DNA from: Zoogloea sp.
GTDB lineage: Bacteria; Pseudomonadota; Gammaproteobacteria; Burkholderiales; Rhodocyclaceae
DNA: 64,000 nt
Reading direction: 5' to 3'
Assembly (NCBI RefSeq): GCF_017302315.1
Contig: NZ_JAFLDT010000005.1
Coordinates: forward strand, 13,815-77,814
In this document: one piece after another, positions 48,901 to 57,901 of the stretch
Position numbering within the stretch: position 1 is the first letter of the stretch
Layout of the letters: each line of letters opens with the position of its first letter
Translations under genes and position numbers: made by a program
Notes under the pieces: generated by a model
What the model saw: the letters and a program-made list of their open reading frames with translations, nothing else
Databases searched by the model: none
Told to the model about the DNA's origin: nothing

Positions 48901-49227
48901 CGTGATGTAGACCGTATTGGGACTGGGCGATTCGTGCTGCTCGACCTCCTTGACCTCCATCGCGGTCTCGCGGCCGATCAGCTGAACCAGCATGCTCCGA
49001 TAGGTGGGTGACAGATGCTGGACGACCACATAGGTCGCACCGAGATCGGTGGGCAGACTCGAGAACAGCCCCGAAAGGGCCTCCAGACCGCCGGCCGAGG
49101 CCCCGACACCGACGATGTAGTTACGGGTGAGGAGGCCCGGGCTCTCGCCTTCCAGCCCCCCCCCACCGACCTCATCTTCTGCAGGGACCCCGTCCAGGCC
49201 ACCACCTTCAGCCGAAAATTCTGCCAT
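45991..49227 (-). CDS. CheB-CheR-coiled coil-PAS fusion (methyl-accepting coiled-coil, MAC1-like) with no output domain
   Basis: CheB triad (GASAGG, VQHLS, SGTGSDG), CheR ([21 protein letters not shown]), NEELQ heptads, two PAS domains, and no H-box or ATPase. Confidence 0.9.
   Translation of the reverse strand: [1078 protein letters not shown]
47065..47215. repeat. Imperfect 21-bp tandem repeat encoding NEELQxx heptads
   Basis: About seven units of (t/c)tc(t/c)tcgttg..., matching [48 protein letters not shown]. Confidence 0.85.
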
Positions 49228-49311
49228 TGCTGCCTCCGCCACCGGACAATCGGGCGCCATCGCCCCGAAATAAAGACTTGCCTGCACAAAAATGCAAGCG
49301 CAGGTGCAGCA

Positions 49312-50673
49312 TCAGCGCAGGCCACCGCCCGGCATCAAGCCCTTCATGGCCCGCATCATCTTCTGCATGCCCCCCTTGGAGAACTGTTTCATCATCTTCT
49401 GGGTTTGCTCAAACTGCCCCAGAAGGCGATTGACCTCCTGCACCGTCACCCCGGCACCGGCGGCAATGCGCCGCTTGCGGGAGGCCTTGAGGATCTCGGG
49501 CTTGGCCCGTTCGGCGGGGGTCATGGAGTTGATGATGCCTTCGATGCGCTTGACCGCCTTCTCCTCGACCCCGCCCTGGAGCTGGCCCGCTGCCTGGGCG
49601 AACTGGGCGGGCAACTTGTCCATCAGGCTGGACAGGCCGCCCATCTTCTTCATCTGGCCGAGCTGGTCCTTGAAGTCGTTGAGGTCAAAGCCCTTGCCGC
49701 TCTTGAGTTTCTGGGCGAACTCCTTGGCCTTCTCTTCATCCACGCCACGCCGGGCATCTTCCACCAGGGACAGGATGTCGCCCATGCCGAGGATGCGGCT
49801 GGCCATCCGCTCCGGGTGGAACTCCTCAAGGCCGCCGAGCTTTTCGCCGACACCGGCAAACTTGAGGGGCTTGCCCGTCACATGACGCACCGACAGTGCA
49901 GCACCGCCGCGGGCATCGCCATCGAGTTTGGTCAGGACCACGCCGGTGAGGGGCAGGGCTTCGTTGAAGGCCCGGGCGGTATTGACGGCATCCTGGCCAA
50001 GCATCGCGTCGACGACAAACAGGGTTTCGATCGGATTGACCGCCGCATGCAGGGCCTGGATCTCCTCCATCATGGCCTGGTCGATGGCGAGCCGGCCCGC
50101 GGTGTCCACCAGCAATACGTCCATGTAATGGCGACGGGCGTAGTCAACTGCGGCGCGGGCGATATCCACCGGCTTCTGGTCCGGCGTGGACGGGAAAAAC
50201 TCGATACCCGCCTGTTGGGAGACGGTCTGCAACTGGGCAATGGCCGCCGGGCGGTAGACGTCGGTGGAGACGGCCAGCACCTTCTTCTTCATGCGCTCGG
50301 TGAGCATCTTGCCGAGCTTGCCGGTGGTGGTGGTCTTGCCGGCGCCCTGCAGGCCCGCCATCAGAATGATGGCCGGCGGTTGCGTGGCCAGATTGAGCCC
50401 GCTGTGTGCGCCGCCCATCAACTGCGTCAGTTCCTGATGGACGACACCCACCAGGGCCTGGCCCGGGGTCAGGGAGCTGAGCACCTCGGTGCCAACCGCC
50501 TTCTCCTTGACGCGGGCGATGAGATCCTTGACCACCGGCAGGGCCACGTCGGCCTCAAGCAGTGCCATGCGCACTTCGCGCAGGGCATCCTGAATGTTGT
50601 CTTCGGTAAGCCTTGCCTGGCCGCGGAGAGTCTTGACGACTTTCGCCAGGCGGGTTGTGAGGTTATCCAGCAT
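49312..50673 (-). CDS. ffh: Signal recognition particle protein
   Basis: GLQGAGKTTT, DTAGR, TKLDGDARGG, M domain. Confidence 0.98.
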   Translation of the reverse strand: MLDNLTTRLAKVVKTLRGQARLTEDNIQDALREVRMALLEADVALPVVKDLIARVKEKAVGTEVLSSLTPGQALVGVVHQELTQLMGGAHSGLNLATQPPAIILMAGLQGAGKTTTTGKLGKMLTERMKKKVLAVSTDVYRPAAIAQLQTVSQQAGIEFFPSTPDQKPVDIARAAVDYARRHYMDVLLVDTAGRLAIDQAMMEEIQALHAAVNPIETLFVVDAMLGQDAVNTARAFNEALPLTGVVLTKLDGDARGGAALSVRHVTGKPLKFAGVGEKLGGLEEFHPERMASRILGMGDILSLVEDARRGVDEEKAKEFAQKLKSGKGFDLNDFKDQLGQMKKMGGLSSLMDKLPAQFAQAAGQLQGGVEEKAVKRIEGIINSMTPAERAKPEILKASRKRRIAAGAGVTVQEVNRLLGQFEQTQKMMKQFSKGGMQKMMRAMKGLMPGGGLR

Positions 50674-50711
50674 GATGGTTCGTGACCGAGGCCTTGGAGT
50701 AAACTTGAGGA

Positions 50712-51539
50712 ATGGCCGCGATTCTACTTCATCTCCTCCCCGCCTCCCTGTATGCCATTCTCGGCGTGCACTTCTGGCATAGCCGCTGGCTGGCGCCCAC
50801 CCGGGCGCCTCGTCAGGGCCTGCTGCCCTGGGAGCGCGGTGTGATGCTGGCCGCCCTTCTGGCCCACGGTTTCGCCCTGCACGGGGTCTTCTTTTCGACC
50901 GACGGCATTCACTTCGGCTTCAGCATGGCACTTTCACTGATGCTGTGGCTGGCCATGCTGTTCTACTGGATCGAAAGCCTGTATGCCCGGCTGGAGGGTC
51001 TGCAGACCCTGGCCATGCCTGCCGCGGCCGTCTGCGCGCTGCTGCCGGCCTTCTTTCCCGACCAGCACCTGCTGACCAACGCCAACTCGCCCCTGTTCCG
51101 CGCGCACTTCGTGGTGGCCATGCTGGCCTACAGCCTGTTTACGCTTGCGGCCCTGCACGCCACGCTGATGGCCGTTGCCGAGAAGCGCCTGCACGGCGCC
51201 CACCTGACCCGCGCCTTTGCATCGCTGCCGCCGCTCCTCACCATGGAGGCCCTGTTGTTCCGGCTGATCGGCATCGCCTTCGTGCTGCTCACACTCACGG
51301 TGGGCTCCGGCATCGTGTTCTCGGAGGCCCTGTTCGGCAAGGCCTTCCGCCTGGATCACAAGACGGTTTTCGCCATCATTTCGTGGTGCATCTTCGCGAG
51401 TCTGCTGGTGGGGCGCCACGCCTGGGGCTGGCGGGGCAGAAAGGCCTTGTACTGGACCCTTTCGGGCTTTGTCGCCCTGATGCTCGCGTATGTGGGCAGC
51501 CGCTTCGTCGCGGAAGTCCTGCTCGCCCGCCCGGCTTGA
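50712..51539 (+). CDS. ypjD: Inner membrane protein YpjD (cytochrome c assembly family)
   Basis: Polytopic protein with LPPLLTME..LF, HKTVF, GWRG, LAYVGSRFV, divergent from ffh. Confidence 0.85.
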   Translation: MAAILLHLLPASLYAILGVHFWHSRWLAPTRAPRQGLLPWERGVMLAALLAHGFALHGVFFSTDGIHFGFSMALSLMLWLAMLFYWIESLYARLEGLQTLAMPAAAVCALLPAFFPDQHLLTNANSPLFRAHFVVAMLAYSLFTLAALHATLMAVAEKRLHGAHLTRAFASLPPLLTMEALLFRLIGIAFVLLTLTVGSGIVFSEALFGKAFRLDHKTVFAIISWCIFASLLVGRHAWGWRGRKALYWTLSGFVALMLAYVGSRFVAEVLLARPA

Positions 51540-51591
51540 CAAGCGCTGACCCGGCCTGAATACTGGGCCGAAGTCACCTGCGCCAAGCCAC

Positions 51592-52866
51592 TTGAACAGC
51601 ATCCCTCTCTCCATGCAGCTGGCCATCCTGGTCACGCTGCTCGCCCTCTCGGGCTTCTTCTCCATGGCAGAGACGGCCATGATGGCTGCAAACCGGTATC
51701 GGCTTCGCTCCGCGGCCAGTCTGGGTTCCCGGGGTGCCCGTCTGGCACTGGAACTCCTCGCCAAGACGGACAAGCTCCTCGGCATCATCCTGCTGTGCAA
51801 CAATCTGGTGAATGCGGCGGCTGCCACTCTGGTCAGTGTCATCACCATACAGCTCTTCGGCAGCGAGGAGTGGGTTCTCGGGGTGAGCACCCTGGTGGTG
51901 ACCTTCCTGATCCTGGTGTTTTCGGAGATCACCCCCAAGGTGGTGGGTGCGAATCATGCAAACCGCCTTGCCTGCATTGTCAGCTATCCCCTGTCGGCCC
52001 TGCTCAAGGGCCTTTATTTCATTGTCTGGTTCGTCAACCTCTTCGTCGCCGGTCTCCTCCGGGTATTGCGCCTGCGCAACAACAACGGACAGGATGCGCA
52101 CAGCCTGTCCACCGAAGAGCTGCGTACCATGGTGCTGGAATCGGGCACTTTCATTCCACCCAAGCATCGCAGCATCCTGCTCAACCTCTTCGAACTCGAG
52201 GACATTACCGTCGAAGATGTGATGACGCCACGCAACCAGATCGAGGCCGTCAATATTGCCGACCCGATCACCGTCATCCAGGGCCATCTGGCCACTTGCT
52301 ACCATACCCGCCTGCCGGTATTCGACGGCGAGATGAACGCGGTGATCGGCCTGCTCCACGTGCGCAGGATCCTCGGCCAGACCCTGGATCGCAGCCTTGA
52401 GGCCGTTGATATCCGGGACATGCTGACCAAGCCCTACTTTATTCCGGCCAGCACGCCAATCTACGCCCAGCTCCATTTCTTCCAGGAGAACCGGGAACGT
52501 CTCGGTCTGGTGGTGGACGAGTACGGCGAACTCCTCGGCCTCGTGACCCTGGAGGACATCATCGAAGAGCTGATCGGAAAATTCACCACCAGCGCACCGG
52601 ACTCCACCGACAAACTGTGCTGGGATGCGAGTGGCAGCGTCATTGCCGACGGAAGCCAGCATCTGCGCGCCCTCAACCGCAAACTCGGCCTGGATCTGCC
52701 GGTTGACGGCCCCAAGACCCTCAATGGACTGGTGCTCGAACACCTGCAGGACATCCCGGAGTCGGGGGTCTCTGTGAAGATTGCCGGCGTACCCATTGAG
52801 GTGGTCCAGGCCGAGGACCGGCGCATCAAGACCGTACGCATCTTCCGTCCGACGAAAGAGCGATAG
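51592..52866 (+). CDS. HlyC/CorC-family (DUF21-CBS-CorC) transporter-associated protein
   Basis: FFSMAETAMM, SEITPK, VMTPR, VVDEYGELLGLVTLEDIIEE. Confidence 0.92.
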   Translation: MNSIPLSMQLAILVTLLALSGFFSMAETAMMAANRYRLRSAASLGSRGARLALELLAKTDKLLGIILLCNNLVNAAAATLVSVITIQLFGSEEWVLGVSTLVVTFLILVFSEITPKVVGANHANRLACIVSYPLSALLKGLYFIVWFVNLFVAGLLRVLRLRNNNGQDAHSLSTEELRTMVLESGTFIPPKHRSILLNLFELEDITVEDVMTPRNQIEAVNIADPITVIQGHLATCYHTRLPVFDGEMNAVIGLLHVRRILGQTLDRSLEAVDIRDMLTKPYFIPASTPIYAQLHFFQENRERLGLVVDEYGELLGLVTLEDIIEELIGKFTTSAPDSTDKLCWDASGSVIADGSQHLRALNRKLGLDLPVDGPKTLNGLVLEHLQDIPESGVSVKIAGVPIEVVQAEDRRIKTVRIFRPTKER

Positions 52867-52957
52867 CCCATGGGGAACGTCGCCGCTTTACAAGCCCTTC
52901 GCCTGACGGCATGATCCCCACGCATTTCAGGTTGATCCCTTCCAAAGACATTCCGGC

Positions 52958-54676
52958 ATGGCCTCATCCCCGCAAGCCGCCCTGAGCGGCCTCGCCCGCG
53001 CTTTCGTCCAGCACGGCCGGCTTCTTGAGGCCGAGGCCCTTGCCTGCTCGTCCCAGTCGGCCAACCCCAATGATTTCCTCGTCGAAGTCATCAATCGGGG
53101 GCTGATGAAGGCTGCCGACATCGCCCTGTTTGCGGCAGAAACCTTCGGCTCCCCCACGCTGGATCTGGCCGCCTTCGATACAAGCCATCTGCCCGCTGAC
53201 GCCATTGATCGCAAGCTGATGATCAAGCATCAGGTGGTTGCACTGGGACGCCGGGGCAACCGGCTGACCCTGGCCCTGTCCGACCCGTCCAATCTGCGCA
53301 TTCTCGACGAGATCCGTTTCCAAACAGGCTTGGCGGTTGATCCCGTTGTGGTTGAGGTGCCGAAACTCAGAGCCCTTGTCGAACAGCTGTCCGAGTCCGC
53401 CGCAACGGCCCTCAAGGACCTGACCGGGGAAGAGTTCGACATGGATCTCCTCGGTCAGGAAGGGAACGGTGAGGCAACCCGGCCTTCGGACGACGGCGCG
53501 TCGGAGGTGGACGATGCCCCGGTCGTGCGCTTCATCCAGAAGCTTCTGATCGACGCCATCAACGAAGGGGCGTCGGATATCCATTTCGAACCCTACGAAA
53601 AGTACTACCGCATCCGCTTCCGCACAGACGGGATTCTGCGGGAGATTGCCCAGCCACCTCTGGTACTCAAGGAGAAGATCGCAGCACGCATCAAGGTCAT
53701 CTCACGCCTGGACATCTCCGAGAAGCGCGTCCCCCAGGATGGCCGGATGAAACTGGTGCTGTCAAAAAACAAGGCCATCGACTTCCGCGTCTCCACGCTG
53801 CCGACACTTTACGGCGAGAAGATCGTGATGCGGATTCTCGACCCCTCCTCGGCAATGCTCGGTGTTGATGCCCTCGGTTACGAACCCGACCAACGAGCAG
53901 CCCTGATGGATGCGGTGCAGCGCCCGTACGGGATGATCCTGGTCACGGGCCCTACCGGTAGCGGGAAGACGGTGTCCCTCTACACTTGCCTGAACATCCT
54001 GAACCAGCCCGGCGTGAACATCAGCACGGCCGAAGATCCGGCGGAAATCAACCTTCCGGGCATCAATCAGGTAAACGTCAACGAAAAGGCCGGGCTTACT
54101 TTCGCCTTTGCCTTGCGCGCCTTCCTTCGCCAGGATCCGGACGTCATCATGGTTGGCGAAATCCGTGACCTGGAAACCGCTGAAATTTCGGTCAAGGCCG
54201 CGCAGACCGGCCACCTGGTCCTATCCACCCTTCATACCAACGACGCCCCGTCCACCCTTGAGCGCCTAAAGAACATGGGCGTGGCGCCGTTTAACATCGC
54301 ATCGTCGGTCATCATGATCACCGCTCAGCGCCTGGCGCGCCGTCTGTGCTCATGCAAAAAGCCGGTCGACATTCCCATTGAGGCCCTGATCTCGGCGGGA
54401 TTCAACGAGAGTGATCTGGACGGTAGCTGGCAGCCCTACGGCCCGGTGGGCTGCGAACGCTGCAAGGGCTCGGGATACAAGGGGCGGCTGGGCATTTACC
54501 AGGTGATGCCGATCTCCGAAGAGATCGCACGTATAATCATGACGAACGGCAACTCGATGGACATCGCTGCGCAGGCTCAGCTCGAAGGCGTCCGGGATCT
54601 TCGCCAGTCCGGTCTGCTCAAGGTGAAGCAGGGTGTCACCTCCCTGACCGAAGTGCTCGCCTGTACAAACGAGTGA
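52958..54676 (+). CDS. pilB: Type IV-A pilus assembly ATPase
   Basis: PQDGR, GPTGSGKT, EDPAE, LRQDPD, TGHLVLSTLHTND, Zn-motif cysteines. Confidence 0.96.
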   Translation: MASSPQAALSGLARAFVQHGRLLEAEALACSSQSANPNDFLVEVINRGLMKAADIALFAAETFGSPTLDLAAFDTSHLPADAIDRKLMIKHQVVALGRRGNRLTLALSDPSNLRILDEIRFQTGLAVDPVVVEVPKLRALVEQLSESAATALKDLTGEEFDMDLLGQEGNGEATRPSDDGASEVDDAPVVRFIQKLLIDAINEGASDIHFEPYEKYYRIRFRTDGILREIAQPPLVLKEKIAARIKVISRLDISEKRVPQDGRMKLVLSKNKAIDFRVSTLPTLYGEKIVMRILDPSSAMLGVDALGYEPDQRAALMDAVQRPYGMILVTGPTGSGKTVSLYTCLNILNQPGVNISTAEDPAEINLPGINQVNVNEKAGLTFAFALRAFLRQDPDVIMVGEIRDLETAEISVKAAQTGHLVLSTLHTNDAPSTLERLKNMGVAPFNIASSVIMITAQRLARRLCSCKKPVDIPIEALISAGFNESDLDGSWQPYGPVGCERCKGSGYKGRLGIYQVMPISEEIARIIMTNGNSMDIAAQAQLEGVRDLRQSGLLKVKQGVTSLTEVLACTNE

Positions 54677-54698
54677 TGGCTTCACGCGGAATCAATTG

Positions 54699-55943
54699 AT
54701 GGCCACAGCAACCAACAAGAAAGCTCCATCCCGCAGCGCCAACATCGCTCGGGAGCACCTTTTCGTCTGGGAAGGCAAGGACAAGACCGGCAAGATCATC
54801 CGCGGGGAAATGCGTGCAGCGACGGAAACCGTCGTACAGACCGTACTGCGCCGGCAGGGCATTCTGACCCACAAGATCCGCAAGCAGACCTTCTCCAGCG
54901 GACGCAAGATCACCGACAAGGACATCGCGCTGTTCACCCGCCAGCTATCCACCATGATGCGTGCCGGTGTCCCCCTGCTGCAGTCCTTCGACATCGCCAT
55001 CAAGGGCTGTGGCAACCCGTCCCTCGCCCGTCTTCTCAATGACGTACGGGCCAATGTGGAAACCGGCAGCAGCCTGTCCCAGGCCTTTCGGCGCCATCCG
55101 GTCCACTTCGACGCCCTGTTCTGCAACCTCGTCGCAGCGGGTGAGCAGGCCGGTATTCTCGATTCCCTGCTCGACCGCCTGGCCACATACAAGGAAAAGA
55201 TCCTCGCCATCAAGGGCAAGATCAAGTCGGCCATGTTCTATCCCATCGCCGTGGTCGTCGTGGCCGCCATGGTGGTATCGGTGATGATGCTGTTCGTGGT
55301 GCCGGAGTTCAAGAAGGTGTTCTCGAGCTTCGGTGCCGAACTGCCGGCCCCCACCCTTGTCGTCATCGCCATCTCGGACTTCTTCGTCGCTTACTGGTAC
55401 CTCGCCTTCGGGATCATCGCCGGCGCCGTGATCGGGATTACCTATTCGTACAAACGCTCTGAGGCCATGCAGGCCGCCGTCGACCGGGCGATCCTGCAAT
55501 TCCCGGTGATCGGCGAGGTCATCCGCAAAGCCACCATCGCCCGCTGGACCCGTACTTTGTCCACCATGTTTGCAGCCGGCGTTCCGCTGGTCGAAGCCCT
55601 GGACTCGGTGGGCGGCGCAGCGGGCAACGTCGTCTACAAGAACGCTACACGGCAGATCCAGTCCGACGTGAGCACTGGCACCAGCCTGACGGTTGCCATG
55701 CAGAACGCTCTGGTATTCCCGACCATGGTCGTGCAGATGGTGTCCATCGGCGAAGAGTCCGGTCAGCTCGACTCCATGCTCAGCAAGGTGGCCGACTTCT
55801 TCGAACAGGAAGTGGATGATGCCGTTGCCGGCCTTAGCCAGTTGCTGGAACCCATCATCATGGTCTTCCTCGGCGTGGTGATTGGCGGCCTGGTGGTCGC
55901 CATGTACCTCCCCATCTTCAAGCTCGGCGCCGTCGTCGGCTAA
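54699..55943 (+). CDS. pilC: Type IV pilus inner-membrane platform protein
   Basis: FTRQLSTMMRAGVPL, GEQAGIL, GEESGQL, AMYLPIF. Confidence 0.96.
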   Translation: MATATNKKAPSRSANIAREHLFVWEGKDKTGKIIRGEMRAATETVVQTVLRRQGILTHKIRKQTFSSGRKITDKDIALFTRQLSTMMRAGVPLLQSFDIAIKGCGNPSLARLLNDVRANVETGSSLSQAFRRHPVHFDALFCNLVAAGEQAGILDSLLDRLATYKEKILAIKGKIKSAMFYPIAVVVVAAMVVSVMMLFVVPEFKKVFSSFGAELPAPTLVVIAISDFFVAYWYLAFGIIAGAVIGITYSYKRSEAMQAAVDRAILQFPVIGEVIRKATIARWTRTLSTMFAAGVPLVEALDSVGGAAGNVVYKNATRQIQSDVSTGTSLTVAMQNALVFPTMVVQMVSIGEESGQLDSMLSKVADFFEQEVDDAVAGLSQLLEPIIMVFLGVVIGGLVVAMYLPIFKLGAVVG

Positions 55944-55958
55944 CACACCTGCTGCCTG

Positions 55959-56810
55959 ATGGAAGCATTCAAGGATCCCCTCGTCTTCACCGCCGTCTGC
56001 ACCCTGGTCGGCCTGTTCGTAGGCAGTTTTCTCAACGTGGTGATCCACCGCCTGCCGCTCATGATGGAACGCGAGTGGCAGGCCGAGGCCGCCGCCCTGC
56101 GGGGTGAGGAAGCACAAACCGACGCCCCACGCTTCAATCTGGCCACACCGGGCTCCCGCTGCCCCCACTGCGGCCACCCCATCGGCGTCCTCGAAAACCT
56201 GCCCATCCTCAGCTATCTGCTGCAGCGGGGACGCTGCCGCCACTGCAACGGTCCGATCAGTGTCCGCTACCCGCTGATCGAAACCGCCTGCGCGCTGCTC
56301 TCCGGCTTCACGGCCTGGCATTTCGGTTTTGGCATGGCGGGCATCGCTGCCCTGGTTTTCCTGTGGGCCCTCCTTGCCCTGTGCTTCATCGACCTGGACA
56401 CCCAGCTTCTACCCGACAGCATCACCTTGCCCCTGCTGTGGGGCGGACTTCTCCTCAACCTGTCGGGCACCTTCGCCGACATCTCCAGCGCAGTGGTTGG
56501 AGCGGCTGCAGGCTATCTCACCTTGTGGTCGGTGTATTGGATGTTCAAACTCACCACCGGCAAGGAAGGCATGGGCTACGGCGACTTCAAGCTGCTGGCG
56601 GCCATCGGCGCCTGGCTGGGCTGGCAGATCCTGCCCCTCACCATCCTGTTGTCCTCCGTGGTCGGCGCCATCGTCGGCATCGCCCTCATCCTGTTCCGTC
56701 GCCAGGGGCGGGAAACGCCCATCCCTTTCGGCCCCTATCTGGCCGCCGCCGGACTGCTCTCCCTCTACTGGGGCCCCTCCCTGACCCGAGCCTATCTGGG
56801 CATCCTCTGA
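55959..56810 (+). CDS. pilD: Prepilin peptidase / N-methyltransferase (A24)
   Basis: GSFLNVVIHRLP, SRCPHC, CRHC, IDLDTQLLPD, GMGYGDFKL, PFGPYL. Confidence 0.96.
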   Translation: MEAFKDPLVFTAVCTLVGLFVGSFLNVVIHRLPLMMEREWQAEAAALRGEEAQTDAPRFNLATPGSRCPHCGHPIGVLENLPILSYLLQRGRCRHCNGPISVRYPLIETACALLSGFTAWHFGFGMAGIAALVFLWALLALCFIDLDTQLLPDSITLPLLWGGLLLNLSGTFADISSAVVGAAAGYLTLWSVYWMFKLTTGKEGMGYGDFKLLAAIGAWLGWQILPLTILLSSVVGAIVGIALILFRRQGRETPIPFGPYLAAAGLLSLYWGPSLTRAYLGIL

Positions 56811-56819
56811 GCGGAACCG

Positions 56820-56847
56820 CTTGAAATCCCGGCCACCGCCCCCAATT
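56820..56847 (+). promoter_or_regulatory. Putative sigma32 (RpoH)-type promoter
   Basis: CTTGAAA-N13-CCCCAATT, upstream of the FmdB-DUF502-aspS genes. Confidence 0.55.
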
Positions 56848-56921
56848 GGGCTGGAAGGGGTCTGTTTCGCCCGATGTTGCGATGCGCTAAACTTCGTCCC
56901 ATTGACCTTCCGGAGCTCGTC

Positions 56922-57188
56922 ATGCCCATCTACGAGTATCGTTGCGCCGCCTGCGGCCATCAAAAAGACCATCTTCAAAAAATGAGCGACCCTGCTCTCA
57001 CCACCTGCCCCGCATGCGGCGCTGAAAGCTACGCCAAGCAGATCTCTGCCGCCGGCTTCCAGCTCAAGGGCAGCGGCTGGTATGCCACCGATTTCAAGGG
57101 CGGCAGCTCCGCCAGCCCAAGCTCAGGACCGGCCAAGGCCGAAGCACCGGCAGCCACTCCCTGCGGCGGCAGTTGCGCGTGCCACTGA
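56922..57188 (+). CDS. FmdB-family zinc-ribbon protein
   Basis: MPIYEYRCAACG...CPACG...FQLKGSGWYATDF. Confidence 0.92.
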   Translation: MPIYEYRCAACGHQKDHLQKMSDPALTTCPACGAESYAKQISAAGFQLKGSGWYATDFKGGSSASPSSGPAKAEAPAATPCGGSCACH

Positions 57189-57213
57189 GGACGACGCGCG
57201 CGTAAACTGCTGA

Positions 57214-57849
57214 ATGAAAAAATATTTCGTTACCGGACTGCTGATCTGGATTCCGTTGGTCATCACCTTCGTGGTGCTGGCCTGGATCGTCAACACCCTT
57301 GACCAGATCCTTCTCCTCGTTCCGGCCACAGTCCGGCCGGAGGCCTTTTTCGGCTTCCACGTTCCCGGGATCGGCGTCGTCATCTCCCTGCTGCTCATCC
57401 TCATCACCGGCCTCGCCGCCGCCAACTTCGTCGGCCAGCGCATGGTCGGCTTCTGGGAAAGCCTGCTATCGCGCATCCCGGTAGTCAAGTCGATCTACTA
57501 CAGCGTCAAGCAGGTGTCTGACACGCTGCTATCGAGCAACGGCCAGGCGTTTCGCAAGGCTCTGCTGATCCAGTACCCGCGCGAGGGCATGTGGACCATC
57601 GGCTTTCAGACCGGCACGCCCGGCGGTGATGCAGCCCATCATCTGGGCAGTGAATTCGTCAGTGTCTATGTCCCGACTACACCGAACCCCACGTCCGGCT
57701 TCTTCCTGATGTTGCCGCGCAAGGACGCCATCGAACTGGACATGAGTGTCGACGAAGCGCTCAAGTACATCATCTCCATGGGTGTCGTGGCACCGCCTCC
57801 CCACCGGACAGCCGCCCCGCGGCCCGCAGCGGCCCTTCTGAATCAATAG
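57214..57849 (+). CDS. DUF502 membrane protein
   Basis: [32 protein letters not shown]. Confidence 0.9.
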   Translation: MKKYFVTGLLIWIPLVITFVVLAWIVNTLDQILLLVPATVRPEAFFGFHVPGIGVVISLLLILITGLAAANFVGQRMVGFWESLLSRIPVVKSIYYSVKQVSDTLLSSNGQAFRKALLIQYPREGMWTIGFQTGTPGGDAAHHLGSEFVSVYVPTTPNPTSGFFLMLPRKDAIELDMSVDEALKYIISMGVVAPPPHRTAAPRPAAALLNQ

Positions 57850-57901
57850 ACGCGCGTGCTTCACGCCGCGCTCCGTTTCTTCCAGGAATAAAGACTCCAC
57901 C

